Source: a virus (taxonomy: Duplodnaviria > Caudoviricetes). Taken from it: DNA of 55,622 nucleotides. The translations under genes were made by a program, and so were the position numbers. This document shows positions 9,780 through 18,791 of the stretch, one piece after another. Every line of letters begins with the position of its first letter. Positions within the stretch are counted from its first letter, which is position 1. A model generated the notes under the pieces. That model was not told where the DNA came from. It ran no database searches and saw nothing but the letters and a program-made list of their open reading frames with translations. The stretch lies in the IMG/VR virus record IMGVR_UViG_3300042260_000361, positions 1 to 55,622 of that record; one strand, given 5' to 3'.

Positions 9780-10994
9780 ATGATTAAATTACAACAATTA
9801 CTTAACGAAGAAACTTTTACTGCTACTAATAAAGCAACAGGTAAAACATCGGTTTTCAAATCAAAAGATAGTAGAGATGCTGCAATTAAAGCAGGAACTC
9901 ATGATGAGAAAAAAGATGCCCCAACTGATAAAGGTAATGCAACAAAAGGAAATAAAACCCCAAAAGTAAATATCTTTGATAAACCATCAAAATCAGAACC
10001 AAAATCAGACACACCTAAAGCAACTCCTGCTGATTTAGCAGTTGATAAAGTTGTTTACAATACAAGAACAAAGACAGTTGGTATTGTAAGAATTGCAGAT
10101 GAAAGAGGTGAAACTAAAACTGATGCAGATGGTAATGTAAATTCATCTGAATTAGAACCATACAACCCAATGAAGTATCCACATCAAAAAGATGCTAAAG
10201 TTGCACCATCTACACAAAAAGAAGTAGATAGTAGAGGTTTATGGAATCCATTTGCACAAGATAAAGAAACATCTAAGGAAGAACCTAAATCAGAACCTAA
10301 ACAAAGAAAAGGTGTTCCTGCAGTAAATAAAGCAGTTAGACAACAAGCTCAAAAATTAGGAATTACTCCTGAAAAATTGGGTAAAGATGAATATTTGAAG
10401 AAAATGGCTCAAGCAGCAGTTTCTGCACTTACTGATTCAAACTTCCATCCTGAAGCAAGACAATTAGTTGCTGATTTAGAAGGTAAACCAGAAATGGCAG
10501 AGAAACCTGATTACCCATCAATGAAAGACCCAAAATATAAAGAAAAGATGGATGCTATAAGAGCTAAATACGATTCTGTATATAATACACCTGATAAAGA
10601 TGCAGATGAATTGGGAACTTCGGCATCACAATCTGCTGAGTGGAGTGGTGATACTGCAATCGATGCAATTGCATTTGATTTAAGAATGAACGGATTCCAC
10701 AAAATGGCAGATAAGATACAATCAGTAATCAAAGAAGGTAAAGTTAATAGAACTTCACTTATGAGAATACTGAATGAATCGGAAGCAGAAGAAATTGCCA
10801 ATTTAACTGGATTAAGAACTCAAGCTGTTAAGAAATTTATTGATGATAATAATATTGATGATAGAAAGTTATTAGCATATCTTAAAATAAAAGGACCTAA
10901 GACTTTAAGTAATAGAATGGATATGGCAACTGCAATTGTTGGTAAACCAGGAAACAAATATAGTCAAGGAATCATTAAAGCATTTAGTAAATAG
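9780..10994 (+). CDS. Modular putative internal head protein (MIKLQQLLNE leader)
   Basis: Same leader as the genes at 3645 and 11003; Lys/Pro-rich linkers; IKE and ILNE junctions near the C-terminus. Confidence 0.6.
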   Translation: MIKLQQLLNEETFTATNKATGKTSVFKSKDSRDAAIKAGTHDEKKDAPTDKGNATKGNKTPKVNIFDKPSKSEPKSDTPKATPADLAVDKVVYNTRTKTVGIVRIADERGETKTDADGNVNSSELEPYNPMKYPHQKDAKVAPSTQKEVDSRGLWNPFAQDKETSKEEPKSEPKQRKGVPAVNKAVRQQAQKLGITPEKLGKDEYLKKMAQAAVSALTDSNFHPEARQLVADLEGKPEMAEKPDYPSMKDPKYKEKMDAIRAKYDSVYNTPDKDADELGTSASQSAEWSGDTAIDAIAFDLRMNGFHKMADKIQSVIKEGKVNRTSLMRILNESEAEEIANLTGLRTQAVKKFIDDNNIDDRKLLAYLKIKGPKTLSNRMDMATAIVGKPGNKYSQGIIKAFSK

Positions 10995-11002
10995 GAGAAT
11001 AG

Positions 11003-11467
11003 ATGATTAAATTATCACAAATATTAAAAGAAGGTGAAGAAAGACAACAAAGTCAAATGTCATCTGAATTAAAGAAACATTTTTTAGAAATCGTATCTAC
11101 ATACAACAAGTATCAAGAACAGATGGATAGAAAATCGGATTTAGCAACTATCGCCGAAACATTGGGTGGTATAACTGAAGCAGCCAGAGCACTTGCATTA
11201 AATGAAGGTGATGATTGGTTTGATAAAGTAACCATCAAACGTAATATGAATGAGTTGGAGAAACTTGGTAAAGAATTTGATAAGTGTGCTTCAGAAGCAA
11301 ACTCGTTAGACCAACGTATGGGTGGATTATATGAAGATATGGGACACATTCTTTCTCGTTACTACAAATTAGGTGAAATATCCGAAGAACAAATGAAAAC
11401 AAGATTAGGTATCACAAACGAATCAGTAAAAACATCTAAAGGATGTGATATTTGTGATAAAAAATAA
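11003..11467 (+). CDS. Head-module helical protein (MIKLSQILKE leader)
   Basis: Leader motif, AGGAG upstream, C-terminal TNESVK. Confidence 0.6.
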   Translation: MIKLSQILKEGEERQQSQMSSELKKHFLEIVSTYNKYQEQMDRKSDLATIAETLGGITEAARALALNEGDDWFDKVTIKRNMNELEKLGKEFDKCASEANSLDQRMGGLYEDMGHILSRYYKLGEISEEQMKTRLGITNESVKTSKGCDICDKK

Positions 11468-11512
11468 TTTATATATATTTATACAAAGTTACAAACAATT
11501 TAAATTAAATTA

Positions 11513-11776
11513 ATGAGCGGAATATCAAGATGCACAGTCGAAGTTCGTAATGGTGACATTACAAAGGCTTTGAAAATCTTTAAAAAGAAAGTTATGGAAA
11601 GTGGTCATCTCTTAGAATTAAGAGAACGTAAAGAATACGTTAAACCAACTACTAAACGAAGATTGGTTAAACAGAAGGCAGTAAGAGAAGAACAAAAGAG
11701 AGTTATTCTTGAGAAAATAGCCGATGGTGACCAAAAATTACGTTTTTATACAAAAAAACGTAAGAAAAAGGAATAA
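11513..11776 (+). CDS. rpsU: Phage-encoded 30S ribosomal protein bS21
   Basis: VEVRNGDITKALKIFKKKV..SG.L.ELRERKEYVKPTTKRR fits the bS21 signature; own late motif at 11475-11483. Confidence 0.9.
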   Translation: MSGISRCTVEVRNGDITKALKIFKKKVMESGHLLELRERKEYVKPTTKRRLVKQKAVREEQKRVILEKIADGDQKLRFYTKKRKKKE

Positions 11777-11837
11777 AAATGTAAAATTTATAGAAAAATA
11801 TAGTTTTTTTATAAGTTGTATATATTTATTATCAATT

Positions 11838-11861
11838 AACTCACACTCAATGTGAGTTTTT
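11838..11861 (+). promoter_or_regulatory. Hairpin AACTCACA-CTCAA-TGTGAGTT with short T-tract in the scaffold gene leader
   Basis: Perfect 8-bp inverted repeat just downstream of ATATTTATT at 11822-11830. It could be a terminator or a 5' leader structure. Confidence 0.5.
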
Positions 11862-11981
11862 ATATTAAGTTGGTTAATGAATACCCTTCTATATAAGGTG
11901 TGACCGAACAACCGACCTAACTTTAATCTATATTGGAATTCTCCTAATAATTTCACAGAACAAACACAAGGAAGGTAAAAA

Positions 11982-13034
11982 ATGGCAAATTCAAAATTGT
12001 TAAAAGAAGCAATTGCTGATGCTAAGGCCGTTAGAGAAACTGCAATCGCTAATGCAAAAATCGCATTAGAAGAAGCTTTTACTCCAAGATTACAATCTAT
12101 CTTATCTAAAAAACTTCAATCAGAGATGGAAGGTGAAGAAGAAGAAGCAGATGTAAACGAAGAGTATGGTGTTGAAGACACATCAGATGCTGATTCATCA
12201 GCAATTGGTGATGGTGACAACAAACAACCTGCAGATGACGCTAATGACTCATCAGACATTGCACAATCAAACCCGGATACAGACGTAGAAACTGCAGAAA
12301 CAGGCGAAGAAGATGAAAACATCGAAGTAGTTGCTGAAGCAGAAGAAGACGAAGTTCCAGGAGAAACTCAATCTCGTATCGAAGAAGAAGACGAAGACGA
12401 ATTGGATTTAGAATCAATCATCAGAGAATTGGAAGATGAATTAGGTGGTGAAGAACCAACTGAAGAAGAACCATCTCAAGAAGAATCAGTTTACGAAGAA
12501 GAAGAATCTGAAGAAGCATCAGAAGAACCAGCAGTTGAAGAAGCTGAAGGTGAAGATGAAGAAATCGATTTAGATGAAATCTTACGTGAAATGGGATACG
12601 GAGATGATGAAGAAGCAGTTGAAGAAGGTGAAGAAGAAGCAGATGCAGCTATGGCAGCAAAAGATGCTGAATTGGAAGAAGCTTACAACGTAATCAAATC
12701 TCTAAAATCAACAATCAACGAAGTTAATTTGTTAAATGCAAAATTATTGTACACAAACAAATTATTCCGTTCATACGATTTGACTAATGAGCAAAAACAC
12801 AAAGTTGTTGAAACTTTAGACAGAACTCAAAACGTTAGAGAAGTAAAATTAGTGTTCTCTACTTTGGCAGAATCAATGAAAATTGGTGGAACTGCTAAAA
12901 AAGTAAAAGCACAAACAAAATTAACTGAATCATTTGCTTCTAAGCAAGTTGCTTCAACTGCACCAAAAAGAGAAATCATCGCAGAAAGCAATCAATTAGC
13001 AGACAGATTCAAGCAATTAGCAAATATTAAATAA
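11982..13034 (+). CDS. Prohead scaffolding/core protein (T4 gp22-like position)
   Basis: Very acidic central region with helical ends; immediately upstream of the major capsid gene. Confidence 0.8.
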   Translation: MANSKLLKEAIADAKAVRETAIANAKIALEEAFTPRLQSILSKKLQSEMEGEEEEADVNEEYGVEDTSDADSSAIGDGDNKQPADDANDSSDIAQSNPDTDVETAETGEEDENIEVVAEAEEDEVPGETQSRIEEEDEDELDLESIIRELEDELGGEEPTEEEPSQEESVYEEEESEEASEEPAVEEAEGEDEEIDLDEILREMGYGDDEEAVEEGEEEADAAMAAKDAELEEAYNVIKSLKSTINEVNLLNAKLLYTNKLFRSYDLTNEQKHKVVETLDRTQNVREVKLVFSTLAESMKIGGTAKKVKAQTKLTESFASKQVASTAPKREIIAESNQLADRFKQLANIK

Positions 13035-13060
13035 CAAAACAAACATTAGGAGAAAATAAA

Positions 13061-14689
13061 ATGGCAAATTTCGATTTATCAAAACTAATGGAAGGAAAGA
13101 ACCCACAACAAGTAATGTTGGCTGAAACACGTCAATTACAATCTAAGTGGGAAAAAACTGGACTTCTTGAAGGTTTAAAAAGCAGAGAGCAATCTCAAAT
13201 TGCAGTTCTTTTAGAGAACCAAGCAAAACAATTATTGGATGAAGCAACAGCAACAGGTACTTCTGCAGGTTCAGAAGAGTGGTCTGGTGTAGCACTTCCA
13301 TTAGTAAGACGTATTTTTGGTGAAATCGCAGCGAAAGAATTCGTTTCGGTTCAACCAATGAACTTACCATCAGGTCTAATATTCTTTTTAGATTTTAAAT
13401 ATGGAACAGCACAACCGGGTAACCCATCATACGCTGGAAAATCTTTATTCGGTGGTAACGGAACTTCTGCAGCTAATTCTGACTTCGGTAGAACTAAAGC
13501 AGCAGTAAATGGTCTTTATGGTGAAGGTCGTTTCGGATATTCAATCAACGATCAATCAGTAGCAGTAGCAGCAGGTAACCAATCATTTGCAACTGCATCT
13601 TGGTCAGATGTTGGATTCGATTCAGCATTATCTGCATCAATCGCAGCTTCACAAATCGCTAAGATTTCAGTATCAAAAGCAAACGTATCTGCAGTTTCTG
13701 ACGTAGATGCAGTTCGTTCATTCTACATCTCATCTTCAGTATTCGCAGCAGCAGATTCATTCTACCCAGCGTATTCTCAATTTGATGGTGCAAACTACAC
13801 ATTCTTCGCTAAAGTTGCTAACATTTCTTCAGGTTCAAACTCAACTACTTTGACAGTTAAGTATTCTGAGCAACCTGCAGCTTATGATAGAGGTGATTTC
13901 GAAGATGGTAACCCAACAGAACCGGCTACTGATTTAGGTATCCCAGAAGTTGATTTAGAATTGAAATCAGAGGCTATCGTTGCTAAGACTCGTAAGTTGA
14001 AAGCAGTGTGGACTCCAGAATTGGCTCAAGATTTAAATGCTTACCACTCAATTGATGCTGAAGCAGAATTAACATCTATGTTATCTGAATATATCTCATT
14101 AGAGATTGACTTAGAAATCTTAGATATGTTAAAAGCTAACGCTTTAACAACTGAATATTGGTCAGTAACTTTAGGTGAAGAGTATAATTCAGCAACAGGT
14201 GCATGGTTAGCAGGAACAAACTCTGCAGCATACACTAAAAACACATGGTTCCAGACTTTAGGTGCTAAAATCAACAAAGTATCTAACAAGATTCACCAAT
14301 TAACATTACGTGGTGGTGCTAACTTCATCGTAGCTTCTCCAGACGTATGTACGGTATTGGAATCTATTCCTGGATTCGTAGTAAACGCAGATAAAGATGC
14401 AATGTCATTCGCAGCTGGTGTAACAGCAGTTGGTTCTATGGCAAATCGTTATACGGTTTACAAAAACCCTTATATGACATCTAACGAAATCTTATTAGGT
14501 TTCAAAGGTTCAAACTTCTTGGAGACTGGAGCAGTTTACGCACCATACGTTCCATTGATTATGACACCATTAGTGTACGATCCAACTAACTTCACGCCAA
14601 GACGTGGTGTTATGACTCGTTACGCTAAGAAGATGGTAAGACCAGAATTCTATGGTAAGATTTATGTTAAAGATTTAGCTAATATCTAA
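13061..14689 (+). CDS. Major capsid protein (T4 gp23-like)
   Basis: LLENQ, VSVQPMNLPSGLIF, AKTRKLKAVWTPELAQDLNAYH, YAPYVPL and GVMTRYA motifs. Confidence 0.97.
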   Translation: MANFDLSKLMEGKNPQQVMLAETRQLQSKWEKTGLLEGLKSREQSQIAVLLENQAKQLLDEATATGTSAGSEEWSGVALPLVRRIFGEIAAKEFVSVQPMNLPSGLIFFLDFKYGTAQPGNPSYAGKSLFGGNGTSAANSDFGRTKAAVNGLYGEGRFGYSINDQSVAVAAGNQSFATASWSDVGFDSALSASIAASQIAKISVSKANVSAVSDVDAVRSFYISSSVFAAADSFYPAYSQFDGANYTFFAKVANISSGSNSTTLTVKYSEQPAAYDRGDFEDGNPTEPATDLGIPEVDLELKSEAIVAKTRKLKAVWTPELAQDLNAYHSIDAEAELTSMLSEYISLEIDLEILDMLKANALTTEYWSVTLGEEYNSATGAWLAGTNSAAYTKNTWFQTLGAKINKVSNKIHQLTLRGGANFIVASPDVCTVLESIPGFVVNADKDAMSFAAGVTAVGSMANRYTVYKNPYMTSNEILLGFKGSNFLETGAVYAPYVPLIMTPLVYDPTNFTPRRGVMTRYAKKMVRPEFYGKIYVKDLANI

Positions 14690-14721
14690 TCTTTACGAAT
14701 CTTATAACGATTCAATAATAG

Positions 14722-14751
14722 AAAGAGGGAGAAGAAATTCTCCCTTTTTTT
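14722..14751 (+). terminator. Intrinsic terminator after the capsid gene
   Basis: AGGGAGAA-GAAA-TTCTCCCT followed by a T-tract. Confidence 0.9.
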
Positions 14752-14772
14752 ATGCAAGATATATTTAAATTT

Positions 14773-15516
14773 ATGAAACCAATTAGATTATTTACGTTTG
14801 GATGCAGTTTTACTAATTACAACTGGCCTACATGGGCCGATATAATTGGGAGTAAATATAAACTTCATTATAATTTAGGAAGTAAGGGTGCTGGAAATTA
14901 TTATATTGCATTTAAACTATACGAAACTCACTTAAAATATAACATTACTAAAGATGATAAGGTAATCATTATGTTAAGTAGTGCAAATAGATTTGATATT
15001 TATGATGAACGTATTAATAAATTTAATCTAAATGGAAATATATACAATTCAGAGCATATATTTGGTAAAAAATTTGTAAAAGAAGTGTGGAATGATACTC
15101 ATTCAATTTATAATACGTGGTTTTGCGTTAAAAGTATAAAAACTTTATTAGATACTATTGGATGTCAATATAAAATTGTAGAAGCGTTTGGTTTATTAAA
15201 TACCGATACTGGCAATACTCTAAATACACATGATTCAACTAAAGATTTATTGAATGATTATAAAAATTCGGTATATACTATTCAAAATTTAAATAGATTT
15301 GCATTAAAATGCAATCCATCAACTTATAAATTATCAAATGGAAGACTTGATGGTCATCCAACTATTATGTGTAATCATAATTTTGTAAAAGAACATATAT
15401 CAGAATTTTATGATGATAAAATGTATGAAGTTGCACTAAAATGGGAATCCGAAATACTACCAGATGTAATGGAAACTAAGTTTTCCAAACAATACATCAA
15501 TACATCTTTATTGTAA
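14773..15516 (+). CDS. SGNH/GDSL-hydrolase-like protein
   Basis: FTFGCSFT (block I), GSKGAGN (block II), C-terminal DGHP. Start at 14773 preferred to 14752, which abuts the terminator. Confidence 0.6.
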   Translation: MKPIRLFTFGCSFTNYNWPTWADIIGSKYKLHYNLGSKGAGNYYIAFKLYETHLKYNITKDDKVIIMLSSANRFDIYDERINKFNLNGNIYNSEHIFGKKFVKEVWNDTHSIYNTWFCVKSIKTLLDTIGCQYKIVEAFGLLNTDTGNTLNTHDSTKDLLNDYKNSVYTIQNLNRFALKCNPSTYKLSNGRLDGHPTIMCNHNFVKEHISEFYDDKMYEVALKWESEILPDVMETKFSKQYINTSLL

Positions 15517-15639
15517 TTTAAAATTTCTTGTATCTATAATGGAAACCTTGTGGTTAAACATTCAGTGTCCTATGTGACATTTGAGTTGGAGAAACACCAA
15601 CAAATGAATTTTTAAATACAAACAAAAATAAGGAAAATT

Positions 15640-16470
15640 ATGAAACAATCAGTATGGACAAACTCGTCCAAACCTCAGGCGTTTATTACTCAACGCAAAC
15701 AAAGAGTAAAACAACACAAATCAACCCAACTTTTATTGGATAGTATCATTTATCTAAGCGATGGTGATAATTATGAGATTGAATTATTCAATCCTAAATC
15801 AGTCCACATTCTTGCTAAAATCACAATCGATAAACAACAATTACCCGGTGGTGGTATTGTATTAAGACCCGGCGAGAGAGTGTTTTTAGAACGTTTCTTG
15901 GATTCAAACAATAAGTTTGTATTCAGAACCTATGAAGTGGGTAAAGAGGCAATTAACGTGGGTGCTACGGAGAATAATGGTTTTGTTCAAATCGATTTCT
16001 ACACAGAACAAATTCCATCACCAACTTATTGGAGTGGTAATCAAAATACGTTGAATTTGAATGGAAATATCACTTATACTACACTCCCTAACACTTTTAC
16101 TACAAATACATTAGGAATTAGTGGAATTACCAATACTGCATATTATAGTAGTAATACTGGAACTTTAACATCAGGTATCAATTCGGTAGTATCACCTACA
16201 TCTAATACATTTGAAGGACCGAATATTCGAAATGCAAAAAAGGTAGAAACTGGCACAACTGAAAAAGGTGAATTATCTTCTCAGCAGTTCACTCAATCAT
16301 ATAAAAATTTCAATATGCATAGTTGTGAAGCAGTTGTTTATCAAATTTTACCAAACTCACAAAAACAATATCACAAAGAAGATTTGGGTGTTCTATATTG
16401 TGGTGAATGTGGTGCAAAAAGAAAAAAAGATACACATAAGTTCTGTCCACATTGCGGAACTAAATTTTAA
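15640..16470 (+). CDS. Hypothetical protein with a Thr/Asn-rich linker and C-terminal zinc ribbon
   Basis: YCGECG...FCPHCGTK at the C-terminus; N-domain ELFNP...GIVLRPGERVFLERFLD. Confidence 0.7.
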   Translation: MKQSVWTNSSKPQAFITQRKQRVKQHKSTQLLLDSIIYLSDGDNYEIELFNPKSVHILAKITIDKQQLPGGGIVLRPGERVFLERFLDSNNKFVFRTYEVGKEAINVGATENNGFVQIDFYTEQIPSPTYWSGNQNTLNLNGNITYTTLPNTFTTNTLGISGITNTAYYSSNTGTLTSGINSVVSPTSNTFEGPNIRNAKKVETGTTEKGELSSQQFTQSYKNFNMHSCEAVVYQILPNSQKQYHKEDLGVLYCGECGAKRKKDTHKFCPHCGTKF

Positions 16471-16496
16471 TAAATAAAAATCACAAGGTATTCACT

Positions 16497-16524
16497 AAGG
16501 AGAGCAGAAATGTTCTCCTTTTTT
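16497..16524 (+). terminator. Intrinsic terminator
   Basis: AAGGAGAGCA-GAAA-TGTTCTCCTT plus T-tract. Confidence 0.85.
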
Positions 16525-16589
16525 ATGTCTTAACAATTTCATAATATATAAAATATTTCTTTTTTAAATATAATGAGTTATTTATATAG

Positions 16590-17285
16590 ATGAAGGATAA
16601 ACTTACAATTGTAATACCTTGTAAAAATGAAGGTATTATTATTTATGATTGTGTTCAAACACTTACACATCAGTATAATATAACATCTACCCAAATTGTA
16701 ATAGCAGATTGTTCTGATGAATCTGAATCACTACAATGGTTAGATAAATTACAAGATGATTTTGGTGATAAATTAAAAATAAAAATAATAAAGGGTGGAT
16801 TTCCTGCTAAAGCAAGATTAGAAGGAAGTAAATTGGTAAAAACTCCTTATTTACTATTTTTAGATGCAGATGTAATGTTATATGATAGAACTTTACTATA
16901 TGAATGTATTGAATATAATACAGATTTAGTATCAGTTCCATTCAAAACAGAAAAAAATTGGAATTGGGTATATACTATGTTTGATTTTTTCCAATTTATG
17001 AGTATTATATTAAATAGTCCTTTTGCAGTAGGTGGATTTCAATTATGGAAAACCGAAGAATATTGGAATTGTGGTGGATATAATCCAGAAGAGTTATTTG
17101 CGGAGGATTATTCAATATCATCTAAAGTATCTAAGTTAAAAATACACAAAACCAATGGTGTATGGACTTCTGCTAGAAGATTTAAAAACAAAGGAGTAAT
17201 ATGGATGTTCAAAATAATGATAATGAGTTATTTGAACCGAAACAATTCAGAATTTTTCAAACAGCATCACAACTATTGGACATGA
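16590..17285 (+). CDS. Glycosyltransferase, family 2
   Basis: TIVIPCKNE, IVIAD, LLFLDAD, AED and TSARRF motifs. Confidence 0.9.
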   Translation: MKDKLTIVIPCKNEGIIIYDCVQTLTHQYNITSTQIVIADCSDESESLQWLDKLQDDFGDKLKIKIIKGGFPAKARLEGSKLVKTPYLLFLDADVMLYDRTLLYECIEYNTDLVSVPFKTEKNWNWVYTMFDFFQFMSIILNSPFAVGGFQLWKTEEYWNCGGYNPEELFAEDYSISSKVSKLKIHKTNGVWTSARRFKNKGVIWMFKIMIMSYLNRNNSEFFKQHHNYWT

Positions 17286-18001
17286 AATACGAAGCAATTA
17301 TAGTATCTGATTTACATTTGGGAACAAAAGATTCAAAAACAGAAGAATTTTTAAATTTCATCGAAAAACATCCAACTGATTTATTAATTCTTAATGGAGA
17401 TATAGTTGATGGTTGGGCATTAGAACGTGGTGCAAAATGGAAAAAGAAATATACTAAAGTTATCAATAAATTATTAAAAATATCTAATAAAACTCAAATT
17501 ATTTGGATTAGAGGAAATCACGATGAATTCATAGGAGAATTTATTGGAACTCAATTCGGTAATGTTGAAATTAGAGAAGATTATGTTTTAAAATTAAAAA
17601 ATGATAAAAAATATTACATTTTTCACGGAGATGTAATTGATGTATTTATAACAAAATACAAATGGTTATCAAAAATAGGTTCAATAGGTTATGATTTTGC
17701 ACTTTGGTTAAATAGGGTGTATAATACCTATCGTAGATGGAGAAAATTACCTTATATATCTATATCTCAAAAAATCAAAGGTAAAGTAAAGGCTGCAACT
17801 AATTATATTAACGATTTTGAAACATCTGCACTTTCGATGGCTACTAAAAAGGGATGTGATGGGGTAATATGTGGCCACATACATCATCCAGAAGATATTA
17901 TGATAAATGGCAAACGATATCTTAATAGTGGTGATTGGGTTGAAAATATGAGTGCAATTCTTATAAAGGATGGTAAAATAATACTTAAAAAGGAAATTTA
18001 A
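17282..18001 (+). CDS. Calcineurin-like metallophosphoesterase (UDP-2,3-diacylglucosamine hydrolase-like)
   Basis: SDLHLG, LNGDIVD, RGNHD, FHGD and CGHIH motifs. Start revised to 17282, an ATGA overlap with the GT2 stop. Confidence 0.9.
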   Translation: MKYEAIIVSDLHLGTKDSKTEEFLNFIEKHPTDLLILNGDIVDGWALERGAKWKKKYTKVINKLLKISNKTQIIWIRGNHDEFIGEFIGTQFGNVEIREDYVLKLKNDKKYYIFHGDVIDVFITKYKWLSKIGSIGYDFALWLNRVYNTYRRWRKLPYISISQKIKGKVKAATNYINDFETSALSMATKKGCDGVICGHIHHPEDIMINGKRYLNSGDWVENMSAILIKDGKIILKKEI

Positions 18002-18013
18002 TTTCCTTTTTTT
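17987..18013 (+). terminator. Intrinsic terminator
   Basis: AAAAAGGAAAT-TTA-ATTTCCTTTTT. Confidence 0.65.
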
Positions 18014-18017
18014 ATAC

Positions 18018-18082
18018 AAAATATTTGGAAATGTGAAATATATTTCGTATGTTAGCTTTGTAATAAGAGTTAAACATTAAAA
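18018..18082 (+). promoter_or_regulatory. Early (host-RNAP, Bacteroidota-type) promoter cassette, copy 1
   Basis: TTTG (18024)-N20-TATGTTAG (18048) overlapping TAGCTTTG; near-identical to 52073-52138. Confidence 0.8.
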
Positions 18083-18091
18083 GATAAAAAT

Positions 18092-18319
18092 ATGATTGGT
18101 ATTGGAATCAATAAATTAAAAGAAATTGAAGCTGAGTTTGGTGATTTTGAAATCAAACAAGTATGGGGAGGTTCGAATGATGTTTATCTTCGATTTGGAT
18201 ATTGGCGTAGAGTTGATGTAATTAAATTACAAGAAATTGTTGGTAATGGTATCAAAGTAGTTGAAGATGATGATTACGATGATGATTGTGGTTGGTTATT
18301 TAGTTATAAATTAAAATAA
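18092..18319 (+). CDS. Small hypothetical protein under an early-type promoter
   Basis: 75-aa ORF; A-rich initiation region with no Shine-Dalgarno. Confidence 0.7.
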   Translation: MIGIGINKLKEIEAEFGDFEIKQVWGGSNDVYLRFGYWRRVDVIKLQEIVGNGIKVVEDDDYDDDCGWLFSYKLK

Positions 18320-18366
18320 CTTTTTTTGAAACTTTTCCATATTTATTATTAAATACAAAGTAAATA

Positions 18367-18738
18367 ATGGAACAATTAGCATCAATCTTTTTTCATAGTA
18401 GAACTCAAACACACCAATTTCATACTTTGGTTAGTGGACCGGGTTCACTTGCTATACATTTAGCGTTACAAAATTACTACGAACAAATCATACCATTAAT
18501 GGATGATTTAATAGAAGCATATCAGGGTAAATATGGTATCATAAATTATAAACAAGTAAATGGTAACGATAATGATTCATCAAAGGAAAATATAATTGCA
18601 TACTTCGATAAACTCATAAAATTCTTAGAAACCGAAAGGCAAGCAGAAAAATTAAAAGATAGTTGGATTCAAAACGAATTAGATAACATTGCTAAACTAT
18701 TATATTCTACAAAATACAAATTAGTTAACTTAGGATAA
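18367..18738 (+). CDS. Ferritin/Dps-like four-helix protein
   Basis: HQFH......HLALQNYYE...LMDDLIEAYQG resembles Dps ferroxidase-site spacing. Confidence 0.65.
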   Translation: MEQLASIFFHSRTQTHQFHTLVSGPGSLAIHLALQNYYEQIIPLMDDLIEAYQGKYGIINYKQVNGNDNDSSKENIIAYFDKLIKFLETERQAEKLKDSWIQNELDNIAKLLYSTKYKLVNLG

Positions 18739-18761
18739 TTAAATTTAATACTTATTGAGTT

Positions 18762-18791
18762 AAGGGAGTGATTTTTCACTCCCTTTTTTTA
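18762..18791 (+). terminator. Intrinsic terminator
   Basis: AAGGGAGTGA-TTTT-TCACTCCCTT plus T-tract. Confidence 0.9.
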
